NCBI GenBank assembly: GCA_013239625.1 | Contig: MU054391.1 | Coordinates: 9,395,095-9,459,094, forward strand | Source of the DNA: Lama guanicoe | Taxonomy: Eukaryota | DNA: 64,000 nt | Direction: 5' to 3' | Shown: positions 36,319 to 48,402 of the stretch, in pieces | Layout: each line of letters begins with the position of its first letter | Numbering within the stretch: position 1 is the first letter of the stretch | Translations under genes and position numbers: made by a program | Notes under the pieces: model-generated | What the model was told of the DNA's origin: nothing | The model's database searches: none | Seen by the model: only the letters and a program-made list of their open reading frames with translations

Positions 36319-38037
36319 GTATGTGGCATAATAATACATATATAAATTACAGATAAATATATCCATAGGAAAAAAGTTAGGATTTTTCATCCCATCCGAA
36401 TGTGGGATGGGACAGGGGCAGGTGTGGCTTTACTGACGGAGTGATCTTGAGCTGAGCCTTAAAGCAAGAGTGGCACCTCAGTCATGACTGCACTAAATCA
36501 CAGACGGAGAAACACAAAATTCTTTATCCAATCTTAATATTCCTTCAGAATCAGATGGGAGTGGGCTTAGAGCAAAGGAGAGGATGCTGTCCTTTTTATA
36601 GCACGTGGGATCCTGTAGAAACTCATTTTCCTGCAAGATGAGAGAGGGTGGAAGTAGAACTGGGGTACAGGAGAGTGAACCTCACTCTTCAGTGACTGAT
36701 CCGAGGGGTGCTGACTGTACGATCCATTTCTGAGGGTGGAGACCATCAGGGGAGGGGACACCTCTGCACAGCTTCACTGGCCATTTCTTGTGTTCTTAAT
36801 GACGTGAGGTGACCTGCCCTTCAAAACCCAGTTCAAGCGTCCCTCCCACAGCGCCTCCCTAAGCCCTGGATCAGACGTGGGCTCTACTTCTTTCCAACTA
36901 CCTGAGTCAGCAGTGCATGTCAGGGCAATTCTGAGAGGGGAGGGCCCTCGGTGTCATGAGGGCTGCTACCCAAGATGCCATGCAGTCAAAACGCAGCATC
37001 ATGACAGAAGACTCCAGTTCGAAACCAAGAAGGCAATAGTGAGCACCAAGTGTGGGGGAGATGGGAGAGCAAGTGGTGAGGCGAGTGGCTGGGACGACTA
37101 CAGGAAGGGGGTGAAGTGGGAGAAGCTGGTCCAGGAAGTAGATCAGGCCAGCATCTGTGAGCAGGGGGCACTCTCCACCCACCCAGAGTGTTCCCATCCC
37201 TATTACTCAGTGCTTGAGGGATGAGGGGGGAGTCAGGCTGTGTTCATAAACATATTCATTTAACAATATTCAAGAAGGCTCAGGTGCTGGGCCATGCTGG
37301 GTAATTCCTACCTGAATAATACATTTATTTCTGCTCCTATCTAAATCCCCCTACCTAATAGCAAGTTCCTATAGGGCAGACCTCTAGTTCGGACTTGCAA
37401 TGCTATTGCATCTAGAATATAGGCTCTCAGCTGTTTGACGAAGAGAGAGAGGATCTGTGAGTCCATCGTGAAGTCACGGGACTTGAAATGACCTTCCACT
37501 GCTCTTACACAAGCTCTTTCCGACATCCAAGAAGAAGCTGGCTTGATGATGGGTTGTAACCACCCAAGGACAGCTCTCTGCTCCCTCCCCAACCCCATCC
37601 ATGACTAACACCTGTCTTCACATCAGACTAATTGGGAATGCTTGGAAAGAGCGGACGAATAATGCCATGACCAGCTCCAAGGGTCTTCCGTGCATCTACC
37701 TTTATCCAGCGCTCTGCTCGAGCCAGAGAACCATGGACCTTGAACCAAAAAATCAGTCAGGTCATTGGGGAAGGGTCTTATTTGTCAGCACTAACAGCTT
37801 TTGGAGAGTTGTATGTGGAGCACTGAGAAGGGAGGGGAGGGGGAGAGAAAGGCAGGGAAGGAGAAAGGATAGGAGGGAGGGAGGAACGGCTTGCCCCCAC
37901 CACCCAACCAGCCAACAGAATCTCCCTGACCGTGAAGGAGAAGGAAGCAGATCAGTCTCACATGTGACTGCTCCCTACACAGCTCTGGTTTTCAGCTTCC
38001 TTCTGAACCTTTAGTCCTCCAGGCCCCTCTCACACAT

Positions 38038-38476
38038 CGTGAAGGTTATTTTATGTGTCAACTTGACTACACCACAGCACACCCAGACTAAACCTTCTCT
38101 CTGGGCGTATCTGTGAGGATGTTTCTACATGAGATTAGCATTTGAATCAATGGATGCAATAAAGTAGATCACCTTCCCCAATGTAGGGGGCACCATCCAA
38201 ATCACTGAGGGTCTGAATAGAACAAAAATAGGAGGAAGAGAGCATTCATTCCCTTCCTGTCCATCTGCTTGAGCTGGGACATGGGTCTCCTCCTGCCCTT
38301 GGACTGGATTTACACCATCGGATCTCCTGGCTCTAGCCTTTGGACTAGAACTATACAATTGGCTTCCCTGGGTCTCCAGTAGCTGATGGTAAATGGTGGG
38401 ACTTCTAAGCCTCTGTAATTTCATGAGCCAATACCTCATTATATATATGTTTCTCTGGAGAACCCTGAGTAACACA
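38038..38476 (+). mobile_element. ERVL solo LTR (MLT2D-like)
   Basis: GTGAAGGTTATTTTATGTGTCAACTTGACT...GTTTCTCTGGAGAACCCTGAGTAACACA; flanks CACAT/CATGT are consistent with a CpG-decayed 5-bp TSD. Confidence 0.88.
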
Positions 38477-40397
38477 CATGTCAACCTTCTTTCTGAAAAA
38501 CTTTACTGATGCCTCACCCTAAAAGTGAGGTCTGTATTCAACATCATCATCATCACCTGGAGAACACCTTCAGATCCATATTCCCAAGCCTACTGATTCT
38601 CTGCTGGGTGATTCTTACACATATTAAAGTTTAAGAATTTTTATTCTATTCATTCAAAAGTTTGTTTCTGGGTGAGATTAGCATTTGAATCATACATACT
38701 CTTTGCCTCCCACTATCGTAGGTTTTTCCTAAATGTCTTGACTTTGTGTAATAATCCTCTATCTTACCCCACTATTATATTGTAAATTTGCGGGGAAGAA
38801 GGACCACGTCTTACATTCCACTGTGTCACTGAGGTGCCTGGCACAGAGAAGCTGCTCAATAAATGTTTTTAGGTTAAATGAATAAGCAAACTAATGTTTC
38901 TGTGTCTCTAGAAAAGCTGTATTTTTTTCACCTGAGAGTTTTCTTTCAAGAGTTTGAGAGTTTGGCACAGGTGTCAGAATTGAAGGAAGGGGTGTGAATA
39001 TGGTCTGATCAGAGCAGTGCTGTCATTTCCACGGTCTGCACAACTTCCATACATCATGTGGCCAAAAGAAAAGTTGGCTGTTTTGAAGACCATATAAATA
39101 CACGTCTATGATTATACAATATTACAAGATCATTTATCTGCTACGTTTTTTATTAGATGGAGGGTGTTTCAGGATAGAAAAATCTTTTTGATATTGTATT
39201 GGTTCTTTCACTCAGTGTCTTTATAGCCCCTCCCTGCTTATGATCATAAAGTATCAGAAAATGTCCTTTACGACTCCATCAAAGACGTTGTTTAAAAACC
39301 ACTAAACAGTTCAGGACCAAGGACAGAACTTTCTGGCGCCTGGAAACGGAAATTCAGGTCTCATTCAATTCACACGTTTAATAAGTCTCTGCCTTGCATC
39401 AGAAGCTTTGCAGGGGATTCAGAGATTAACCAGGCACAGCCACCATCCTCTAAGAACTCCCCAAATAAGGCTGTGACAGGGACACAGCACTCATGTGCAC
39501 TTTACTGGGACGATGAGCGCTGGCCATGCCAGATCATATTTCTCCCCTGGTCCCCCAAGATCTTCGGAGAATTGTCTGTCACGTCCAAGTCCTGCACACA
39601 GAGAAGGCTAAGACTTGTTTGGAATACAGGGTGGCAAAATACTTCAGAGATCACGATTGCCTCTCGCCCTGGGCTACATCCGTCCAAATTGAATTTACTT
39701 GAACAACAGGATAGCTATTCCAGCGGCACTCTTTCAGCACTGTAATCTAATGAGATGGCTTTGGATACTATTAAAAGTTAAATCAGTCGATAAATGAAAC
39801 ATTAAAATCACCAGAGAATTGGCCCTATGCACAAAATATTAACACTGCAAGCTCTAAATCAAATGCTGAACATGAATTTAGCCAAAGCCATTAAAACAGA
39901 ACTGTGAACTCTGTACTGAATTTTGGAGCTGTGCCTAAGGAGAGTTTTTCAAAAGCTGAGTTTTCCCTCCTGTTGGAGCCTTGGTGTGAGGGAGCTCCAC
40001 ACTGAGGGCTCTCTTGGGGTGCTTGACACTGGATAACCTCTGGGAACCCACAACACTTGGGAAATTATGCATCAAACCCAGGGCAATGTGACAAGTGCTT
40101 TATCTGCTACTCACCCCACTCCCCCGCTAGACCGTGACATCCTTGAGGACACGGACTAGGTCTCACTCAGCTCACTCCCATTCCAATACATCAATATCTC
40201 AACATCTCTTGCTCTTTCCCCCTCCCTCCCTTCCTCCTTTCTCTGGGTCCCATAAGAGTTCCCTGAAAAAGCTATATGTATCTTTTAAGGCTCAGTTCAA
40301 ACCCCACCTCTTTCAAGAACTGTCTCTGGTCCCTATGTCAGAATCACACTCTCCTCCACAAATGATCCCTCTGCTCGCAGCTTGAGGTATCGGTAAC

Positions 40398-40640
40398 CTT
40401 AAAAGGAGAAGAAGAGAGACATCCCTGTCTGCATGTCCCCACCGCAAGGAAAGGCCACGTGAGAACACAGAAAGAGGTGGTCATCTGCAAGCCAGGAAGA
40501 GAGTTCTCACCAGAAAATAAATGGGCAGCAGCCTTGATCTTGGACTTCCTACCCTCCCGAACTGTGAGAAAATACAGTGCTGTTGTTTAAGCCACCCTGT
40601 CTACAGTATTCTGTTTTGTAGGCCAAACGGACTAAGACAA
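40398..40640 (+). mobile_element. MaLR LTR 3' half (MLT1A-like)
   Basis: AAAGGCCACGTGAGAACACAG...CCTTGATCTTGGACTTCC...GAACTGTGAGAAAATA...GGACTAAGACA. Confidence 0.85.
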
Positions 40641-40824
40641 TTGTGTGCTGAAAGCTCAGAGGAAGGGGAGGGGCACTGAAGACATCTGTTTTCGTTCCAC
40701 TCACAAGACTGAGCCCAAGGCAGGGACCGTGCAATGCTGTCTTCCCTGAGCACCAACAAAGAGAGAAGCAACACCTCCTGAGCGCTAACTACACGTCAGG
40801 CACTGTGCCAGCCATTCTTTAAAA

Positions 40825-41395
40825 ATCCACTTTATTAAGGTGTCATTTACATACAATAAAACACGCACATTTTAAGCATACAGTTCGGTGAATTTTGACT
40901 AATGTGTATATTCACATAACTACTCCCACATCAAGACATGGGAACATTTCTATCCCCAAAGATTCCTCTGTGCCTCTTCCCCGTCAGTCCCTCACCCCTG
41001 CCCCAGGTTAGCATTGATTCGATTTCTATCATTATTGATTAGATTTGTCTTTCTAAAAGTTTCCTACACAACCACACAACATGCAGTCTTTTGTGTCTGG
41101 CTCCTCTTTCTCAGCATATTTTCAAGAATCATCATTATGTTGAGAAGAATGTAGCATATCTCAACAGTTTTTTTTAATTGCTGGGTAGAATTCTATTGTA
41201 GGAATATACCATAATTTGTTTATTTGTTTGCCCATTGATGGGCTTTTGGGCCATTCCTACCTGAAGTTATTATTAATAAAACTCTTAGCAATATTTGTAT
41301 ATAAGTCTTTGTGTAGACACATGTTCTTTTTCTCTTGGATAGCTTCCAAGGAGTCGAATTACTGGGTTATATGGTAAGGGTATATTTAACTTTAC
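40825..41395 (-). mobile_element. Old L1 3' UTR (L1MB-like)
   Basis: CTTTATTAAGGTGTCATTTACATACAATAAAA...TTTTAAGCATACAGTTCGGTGAATTTTGAC is a reverse-strand L1 3' end. Confidence 0.85.
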
Positions 41396-41599
41396 ATGTA
41401 AGTCTATGCTAGGCACTTTTAATTTACCTCGATTAAGTATACCAAGACTCATAGAAGGTGAATGACTTACCTAAGCTCCTATCGACTGTAAGGGTAGATA
41501 TGAGATCCATACCCAAGTGTAACCAGCCCCAAATCTTGAGTCCTTTTCACGACACTATCTTGCTTTTATTTATTGGCTCAGAAAAAGGACTGGATGTTG

Positions 41600-41690
41600 A
41601 AACACCCCACAGGCACACAGACACACACACCCCACAGGCACACAGACACACACACACACACACAGACACACACACACAGACACAAAACAG
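41600..41690. repeat. Imperfect (CA)n/(CACAGA)n microsatellite
   Basis: Seen directly; includes a duplicated ACACCCCACAGGCACACAGACACACAC unit. Confidence 0.9.
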
Positions 41691-41753
41691 ATAAAGAGTT
41701 ATTTATATCCTTCTCATGTCTAAATGTTTCTGGTTCAGGAAAGGTTGGGTGGC

Positions 41754-42271
41754 TGTAACAGAGAAGAACAACCCTGACCCCTATTGGATCTATTCCTTTT
41801 GCTCTAACCTTTGTGCTCTGTGTCCTGGGCTCAGTCAAGCTGGCTCTGCACCTTTTGTAAAAGAATGTTGCCTAGAGCCTGAAATACACAAGACAGCCCA
41901 TTCTCAAGGCTCTGACCTTTAAAGGTATAACACTATTCCATTCATATAGAGAAAAAGTCGCAGAACAGAAGACAACAATTGTCTTGTTCGAGGTTTATGG
42001 GAACATTGTGACCAGATCTATGTGGACAGCTGCAAGAACAAAGGGTTCTGGCACCAAGAAGTTTGCAACAACCAACCACACCCCTTCTGCATCTAGTATA
42101 AAAGGAGCCTGAATTCTAACTTGGGTTAAGATGATTCTTTGGGACACCAGACCACTGTCTTCTCAGTCTGCTGGCTTTCTCCATAAAATCGCTATTCCTT
42201 GCCCCAACAACTTGTTACTTGATTTACTGGCCTGACGTGGGGGGAGCCATATGAGTTTGGACTTGGTAATG
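41754..42271 (+). mobile_element. ERV1-type solo LTR, 518 bp (family A, copy 2)
   Basis: TGTAACA start, GGTAATG end (decayed from GTAACA), TATAAAA near 42097, TSD TGGC/TGTC. Shares TGTTGCCTAGAGCCTGAAAT, ACAGCCCATTCTCAAGGCTCTGACCTTTAA and CAGCTGCAAGAACAAAGG with 10729-11246. Confidence 0.9.
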
Positions 42272-43639
42272 TGTCCATGTTGGAGTAAGGCAACTCCAGG
42301 GAGAGGGGGGTAAAGGTGGTTACAGAGGCAGAAAAACCTGGCTGGGCCTGACCTGGGATTAGCACAAAGATATTATTTACCACAAATAATATCTTATACC
42401 TACTAGTGTAGAATTGATAGTTTTAAAATCTATAACGGATTGCTTATCGCCTGTCAGGCTGAAAATACAACCAATGAATAATGAACTTGAAGAAAACAGG
42501 CTTTTTCAGTCCATTCTGAGGAGGAGTTTCTAAGTCACCATCCTAGCAGCCTAGAGACATTAGGGTAGAGAGTGATGTCAACCCGCATGCTGACCAAGGC
42601 TGTCCGATCAGTTAAAGCCCAGTAAATTCCCCTCCCACAGACCTCGGAACTCACACACAGGACAATCAACTCACTGGAACAAGGAAATAAAGGAAACGGC
42701 TGGTGTTAAGTTCAGATCTTCAGAAGAATTCTTCAGGGAGGAATTGGCCTGTATGGCAAACCTGTTACTGCTAAAGATGCAAACTTTGGCTAATGTTCAG
42801 AAATGGAGACTATTAAAAATGCATTAGAAGAGTCATGTTTACATTTCAGTAGTCAACTAAAGCCTCCGCGTACACAAAGTGGGGTCCCATCCGTATATTC
42901 TCGTCTTCAGTGCCCATCAGTAAGCACTAATGTGCTTGAATTCCACAGAATTACAGTTCTTAGAAAAGTGCAGAATATTCCTTGAGTTCATGGCCAGGTG
43001 GTGGGATTAAAACAACCACAGCGATAACAACCAGGAGTCACATATTTTTGTCTGACCCAGTCCCACTGCTACTCTGGTCCCATAAGTACTCTAGGTCTCA
43101 GCCTTGCCCCCTAGGAGGAGGGTAATAATCTCTCTGCTGTTTACCTCGTGAGGTACTCTAATGAAGGGCTATGTCCTAAAGTGCTTTGGAGATAAGAGAT
43201 GTTACATTAATGTGAGGTTTTTAAAATACTTAAGCTGTTTAAATGTTAATGCTCTTCTGTTTATGTATATTAATTGCTAATTGTTAAAATGTATTTCTGG
43301 CAGATGGAACATATGTGTTAATCCCTTTCCCTCTCAAAAGGTCATTAAGATGACAGTAAAAGGATTTGTAAAGTCTGAATCCACAGAGACAAAGGATACT
43401 AGTAAAGGTACCACTGGAAATAAGAGAAGTCAAATTAACTTCTGAAGCTGGAGGAGAGTCTAAGGGAAGCTGCCTCCCAGGACTGTAGAGATGAGTATTT
43501 ACGGGAGCCCAGGACATGGAGGCACGAGGCCCACTGAAGGCAGATGAGATGCATCAGGCTCAAGACAAGGAAGGAAGGTGCATGTCTACAGAGAGAGGGA
43601 AGTTGCTACTGCTTCACTCTAGAAGCTTTCCCTTCCAGA

Positions 43640-43890
43640 CATTGGTTCTCTGGCGCAGATGCACAAATCCCAACGGAGTGGTATGCGAGATGATTTATTT
43701 GGGAATGGGAAGAAAATATTAGAACTTCTATTTGTAATTTTTCTTTTAAAAAATGAAAACAAGCTCTATTGACATTTAATACATATACTGATAGGGAGCA
43801 GTGGCATGGAAGTATTCATGCATAGATGCACAAAGATGGACAGGAACGAAGACAAAGTTGGTTCAATGGAAACTGAAATAGAGAAGACAT
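43640..43890 (+). mobile_element. Short non-autonomous hAT-Charlie derivative (Charlie7a-like) inside an old L1 5' region
   Basis: GGGAAGAAAATATTAGAACTTCTATTTG resembles the 5' subterminal region of the element at 33851. Confidence 0.55.
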
Positions 43891-44284
43891 GGCTTGTTTG
43901 CCAGAGAAGAGAAAGGCTATACACAGGGGCATTACTCCTCAGAGTCTACCTACCATCCTGACCCCGTCCTCAGTCCAGGGAAATACCTTCCATGCAGGGG
44001 ATCAGAGGACACTTCTCTGGGGAATGGGATCAACTCGGGAAGAAAAGACCTAATCAGAAGACAAAAGGCAAGTCTGCAACAGTTCCACTTATCAACAAGT
44101 CCTCTCCCCAACACAAATCCACAGGGGAAACTTCATTTCACTTTTAAGTCCACTCATATTGTATGAACAGACAACCAGAGATAAACAGAAATTTGAGGAA
44201 AGCCTCTAGCATGAAGGATGGGAACCAAAATAAAGAATTTAAAGGACACAGATAATGTTGGGAGCAGGAAAATATTTTTTAAAA

Positions 44285-44470
44285 TTTTATATATAATATA
44301 ATATAATATAATATAATATAATATATTATAATATATTATAATATAACATAACATATATAATATAACATATATATAATATATGTTATAGATATAAAGATAT
44401 AAAGATATATAATATAACATATAATATAATATATAATAATATAACATAACATAACATAACGTAATATATA
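44285..44470. repeat. AT-rich (TAATA/TAACA)n low-complexity tract
   Basis: Seen directly. Confidence 0.95.
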
Positions 44471-45415
44471 ATCCCAGAAGAATACTTTCCAGGGGGGAAT
44501 CCCTAAAAATATGTATAAGAAAAGAAACATGAACATAATATGTTATTTAAACAATACAGTTATAGTAATAGACACTGACTTTACAGGGAAGTAACTTTAT
44601 TGGAAGATTAGAGGAAGGGAAAGTGAGTGAGTGGGCCCTGAACTGTGAGAAAGCTGAATTCCTGTCTACTCTGATGGAAAATCAATGAGTAATGTCTTAA
44701 AATGATAAACCATGAAATATCCATGAAATATAGCGTAAGATTCTGGGAAGATGGCAGTGAGAACAATGTGTTTTTTAATCTCCCCAAATCACCCCTCTAA
44801 AAACTCATAAAGAAACTAAATTAGCAAAAACCAAAACCTAGTTTACAACAAAACCAGGTGATGAGGTGCCCTATGAGCTCCAAGTTACGGGTGGGTGAGG
44901 ACAAGCCACAGACAAGTTATAAGATTCGCATGCTATCAGCATCGGTGCAGAAGGAAGCAGAGAGGCAGCTGGTGGACCCAGGAGCTGCAAAATAACCAAC
45001 AAGCATTCACTAGAGAGCTCAGGTCCCAAACTGCTGTAACAGCTAGAAAGGAGGGGTGGTTCACACACTCCACTAGCAAGTGAGTACCTGGTGCCCTCTG
45101 TACACTCTGAAGGGGATGAAGCAGTCTGAGCCCTGTGAAGTCTCAGAATTAATGAGCCAAGGATCCTTTCCAGGAAAAAGTGCCACCCTGAGGAAAACTG
45201 CTGGGAAGAGAGCCAGTTGAGAAGGACAAGGATGGTAAAGGGATAGTGCAGAGTTTGGGAAATAATGGGGCTGTGTTTGGGGAGTGGGCTTGGGGAAGGC
45301 ATCTGGGCAACTTCAGCTTCCATCTCATGACAAGGAGGTGGGTACAAGGGTGTTCCTCTTTTAATAGTTCATTTGCTTTACACAATTTTCTGTATTTGTG
45401 TCAGACTTAACACAA

Positions 45416-45443
45416 ATAGATAGATAGATAGATAGATAGATAG
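45416..45443. repeat. (GATA)n microsatellite
   Basis: Seen directly. Confidence 0.95.
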
Positions 45444-45445
45444 TA

Positions 45446-47240
45446 TTTTTTGGTGGTGTCTTTAGGATTTCCTACATATAGTATCATATCATCTACAAAC
45501 ACTCATCAATAAATTTGGTAAAGTTACAGGACACAAAATTAATATACCAAAATCCATTGCATTTCTACAAACTCACAATGAACTATTAGAGAATTTAAGA
45601 AAACAATCCCATTTACAATCACATCAAAAAGAATAAAATATGTAGGAATAAATCTAACTAAGGAGGTAAAAGATCTGTACTCTGAAAACTGTAAGACACT
45701 GATGAAAGAAACTGAAGACTACACAAACAGAAAGATATACCATGCTCATGGAGAAGAATTAATATTGTTAAAATGACCATACTACCCAAGGCAAACTACA
45801 GATTCAATTCAATCCCTATTGAAATACCAATGGCATTTTTCACAGAACTAGAACAAATAATTCTAAAATTTATATCGAAACACAAAAGATCCTAAATAGC
45901 CAAAAGAATCTTAAGAAGAATAAAGCCAAAGGTATCATACCCCCTGGTTTCAAATTATACTACAAAGCTACAGTAATCAAAACAGTACAGTATTGGCACA
46001 AAAACAGACCTCATCTGGGAAGTGCAAATCATCCCCACGATTTCACCTCACACCTGTCAGAATGGCTATTATCTAAAAAACAACAAATAACAAGTGTTGG
46101 TGAGGATGTGGAGAAAAGGAAATCCTCATGCACTGTTGGTAGGAATGTAAATTAGTGCAGCCACTATGGAAAACAGTATGGAGATGCCTCAAAAAATTAA
46201 AAGTAGAACTACCATATGATCTAGCAAGTCTACTCCTGGGTATTTAACCGAAGAAAATGAAAACACGTATTCAAAAAGATGCATACACCCCATTGCTCAT
46301 AGCAGCATTATTTACAATAGCCAAGATATGGAAGCAGCAGATAAATGAATAAAGAAGATGTGGTGTATATATACACAATGGAATATTAAGAAGCCATGAA
46401 GAAAATGAAATATAGACATTTGCCACAACATGAATAAATCCAGAGGGTATGTCAGACAGAGAAAGACAAATACTGTACAATTTCACTTACATGTGAATTC
46501 TAAACAACAAAACATAAAAAATGTAACTAAACAGCAACAGAGTCATAAAAATAGAGAATAAACAGGTGGTTGACAGAGGGGAGGGAGTGAAGAGAGAAGA
46601 GAAATAGGTGAGGGTGATTAAAAGGTACAAACTTTCAGTTACAAGATAAACAAGACATGATATGAAATGTACAATGTGGGAGGAATAGAGTCAATCATTA
46701 TGCAGTATCTTTGTATGGGGACAGATGGTAACTAGACTTATCCTGGTGATCGTTTTGAGATGTTTAGAAATATCAAATCACTATGTTGTCTACCAGGAAC
46801 TAACACTATGTTACAGGTTGGTTGTACTTCAAAATCAAATAAATATAAAGAGATCAGATTTATGGTTACCAGAGGTGGGGGTGAGGGGAGGGGGAATTGG
46901 ATGAAGGCAGTCAAAAAATACAAGCTTCCAGTTGCAAGATAAATAAGTATGAGGGATGTGATGTACAACATGATCAATACAATTAACACTGCTGTATGTT
47001 ATATATGAAAGCTGTTGAGAGTAAATCCTAAGAGTTCTCATCACAAGGAAAAAAAATGTTTTTCTATTTCTTTAATTTTATATGTATATGAGATGACGGA
47101 TGTCCACTAAACTTGTGTTGGAAGTCATTTCATGACATATGTAAGTCAAATCATACAGTGTACACCTTACACTTACACAGCACTCTATGTCAATTATATC
47201 TCAATAAAACCAGAAGGAAAAACAAAAACAAAGCCAAAAA
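45446..47240 (+). mobile_element. 5'-inverted, internally deleted L1 (ORF2 RT remnant plus long 3' UTR)
   Basis: 45446-45500 on the minus strand encodes FVDDMILYVGNPKDTTKK. From 45501 the plus strand encodes LINKFGKVTGHKIN and later [17 protein letters not shown]. The text jumps to the ORF2 C-terminus near 46010; the 3' UTR ends CTCAATAAAACCAGAAGGAAAAA. Confidence 0.9.
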
Positions 47241-48101
47241 ACAGAGAAATAAATGTGTCGGTATTTCAAAACATGATAGTAAATACCAGAAGTAGCTGAA
47301 AAGAGTTGGAAGTTATTGCCTTTGGGAAAATTGGAGGGAGGAACTGCATGTATATACTTATAATGTAAGCCCTTAGTACTAATGGCGTTTTATTTATCCA
47401 TAGTGGCTTTTTATTTAACTACTACTATGAAAATTTCAAAGGATTTTAATTAAAAAGTGTTTATTCCCGTTAGGGTCTGTCTTAGTGGACTGTATACCCC
47501 AGTTCCTGGCCCACTGTCAGAAACTTAGTACAGATAACCGATAAATAGACTTCTAATGAAGGAACACTTGATTTCATTCCAGTCAGAGACACCCAGTCTC
47601 TAATCCCAGTTCTGCCACTGTAAACCTTGGAAAAATGGTTTTAATCCCTGGGGGAAAATAAGTACTTGTGACAAAGGAACAACTACCTAGGAGATTAGAT
47701 GCTAAAAGATACAGTAGTTGGATCTAGAGCTTAAATTTGATTATTTAGGCCAATTACTTCCTATTGTGGGGGATGACTGGATTATATTTAATTACGTAAA
47801 ACAGGATATACAAAAATGCCCAACATTTTTTCAGGCTCATAGTTGATGTGCAAAAATATGTATAGTAACTATAGCTAATAGAACTACCAACCTGGGGCCA
47901 CAGGAAGTGACCCTAAAAATAGCCACTAAGGACCTTGGTCAAAGAGGTTCTTCAGCTAAGTCATGATCCACATGTAAATTCTTCAGGGTCAGCATCTAAT
48001 CTTCGCTCTTTGTGATGTTTGAAAGGCAGCTTACATAACAGCTCACATACAACATCACACATCTAGAAAATAAACCAAGTTTTTGCCACCAGAGGCCATG
48101 A

Positions 48102-48402
48102 CCAAGATCATGGTGCTGGCCGATTTGACTCCTGGGGAGAGCTCTCTTCCTGGCTTGCAGACGACCACCTTCTCCCAGCATCCTCATACGGCTTTTCCCT
48201 GAGTGTGCATGGACAGAAAGAGATCTCTGGTGTTTCTTGCTCTTCTTATAAAGGTACCAGCCCTATCTGATTAGGGCCCCACAACTGTGACATCATTTAA
48301 CCTTTATCACCTCCTCATAGGCCTTGTCTCCAAATACAATCGCATTAGGGATTAGGGCTTTAATATGGATCTTGGGGTGACACAAACATTCAGTCCATGA
48401 CA
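48102..48402 (-). mobile_element. MaLR LTR (MLT1A-like)
   Basis: CCAAGATCATGGTGCTGGCCGATTTG...CTCTTCCTGGCTTGCAGACG...GACACAAACATTCAGTCCATGACA. Confidence 0.85.

Larger units (their letters stand above)
33851..36385 (+). mobile_element. Near full-length fossil hAT-Charlie DNA transposon (Charlie7-like)
   Basis: CAGTG terminus at 33851 and a decayed transposase between 34192 and ~35900. The 5' subterminal text GAAAATATAAAATTTCTGTATTTA is shared with the short derivative at 43640. Confidence 0.8.

Noticed and set aside
10729..42271. Possible 31-kb provirus bounded by two similar LTRs
   Set aside because: Each LTR has its own TSD, they are substantially diverged, and I see no gag, pol or env remnants between them.
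46540..47240. Two L1 3' UTR-like modules in tandem
   Set aside because: No TSD or long A tail between them; from memory this doubled 3' UTR is a normal feature of some laurasiatherian L1 subfamilies rather than two insertions. Not verified.
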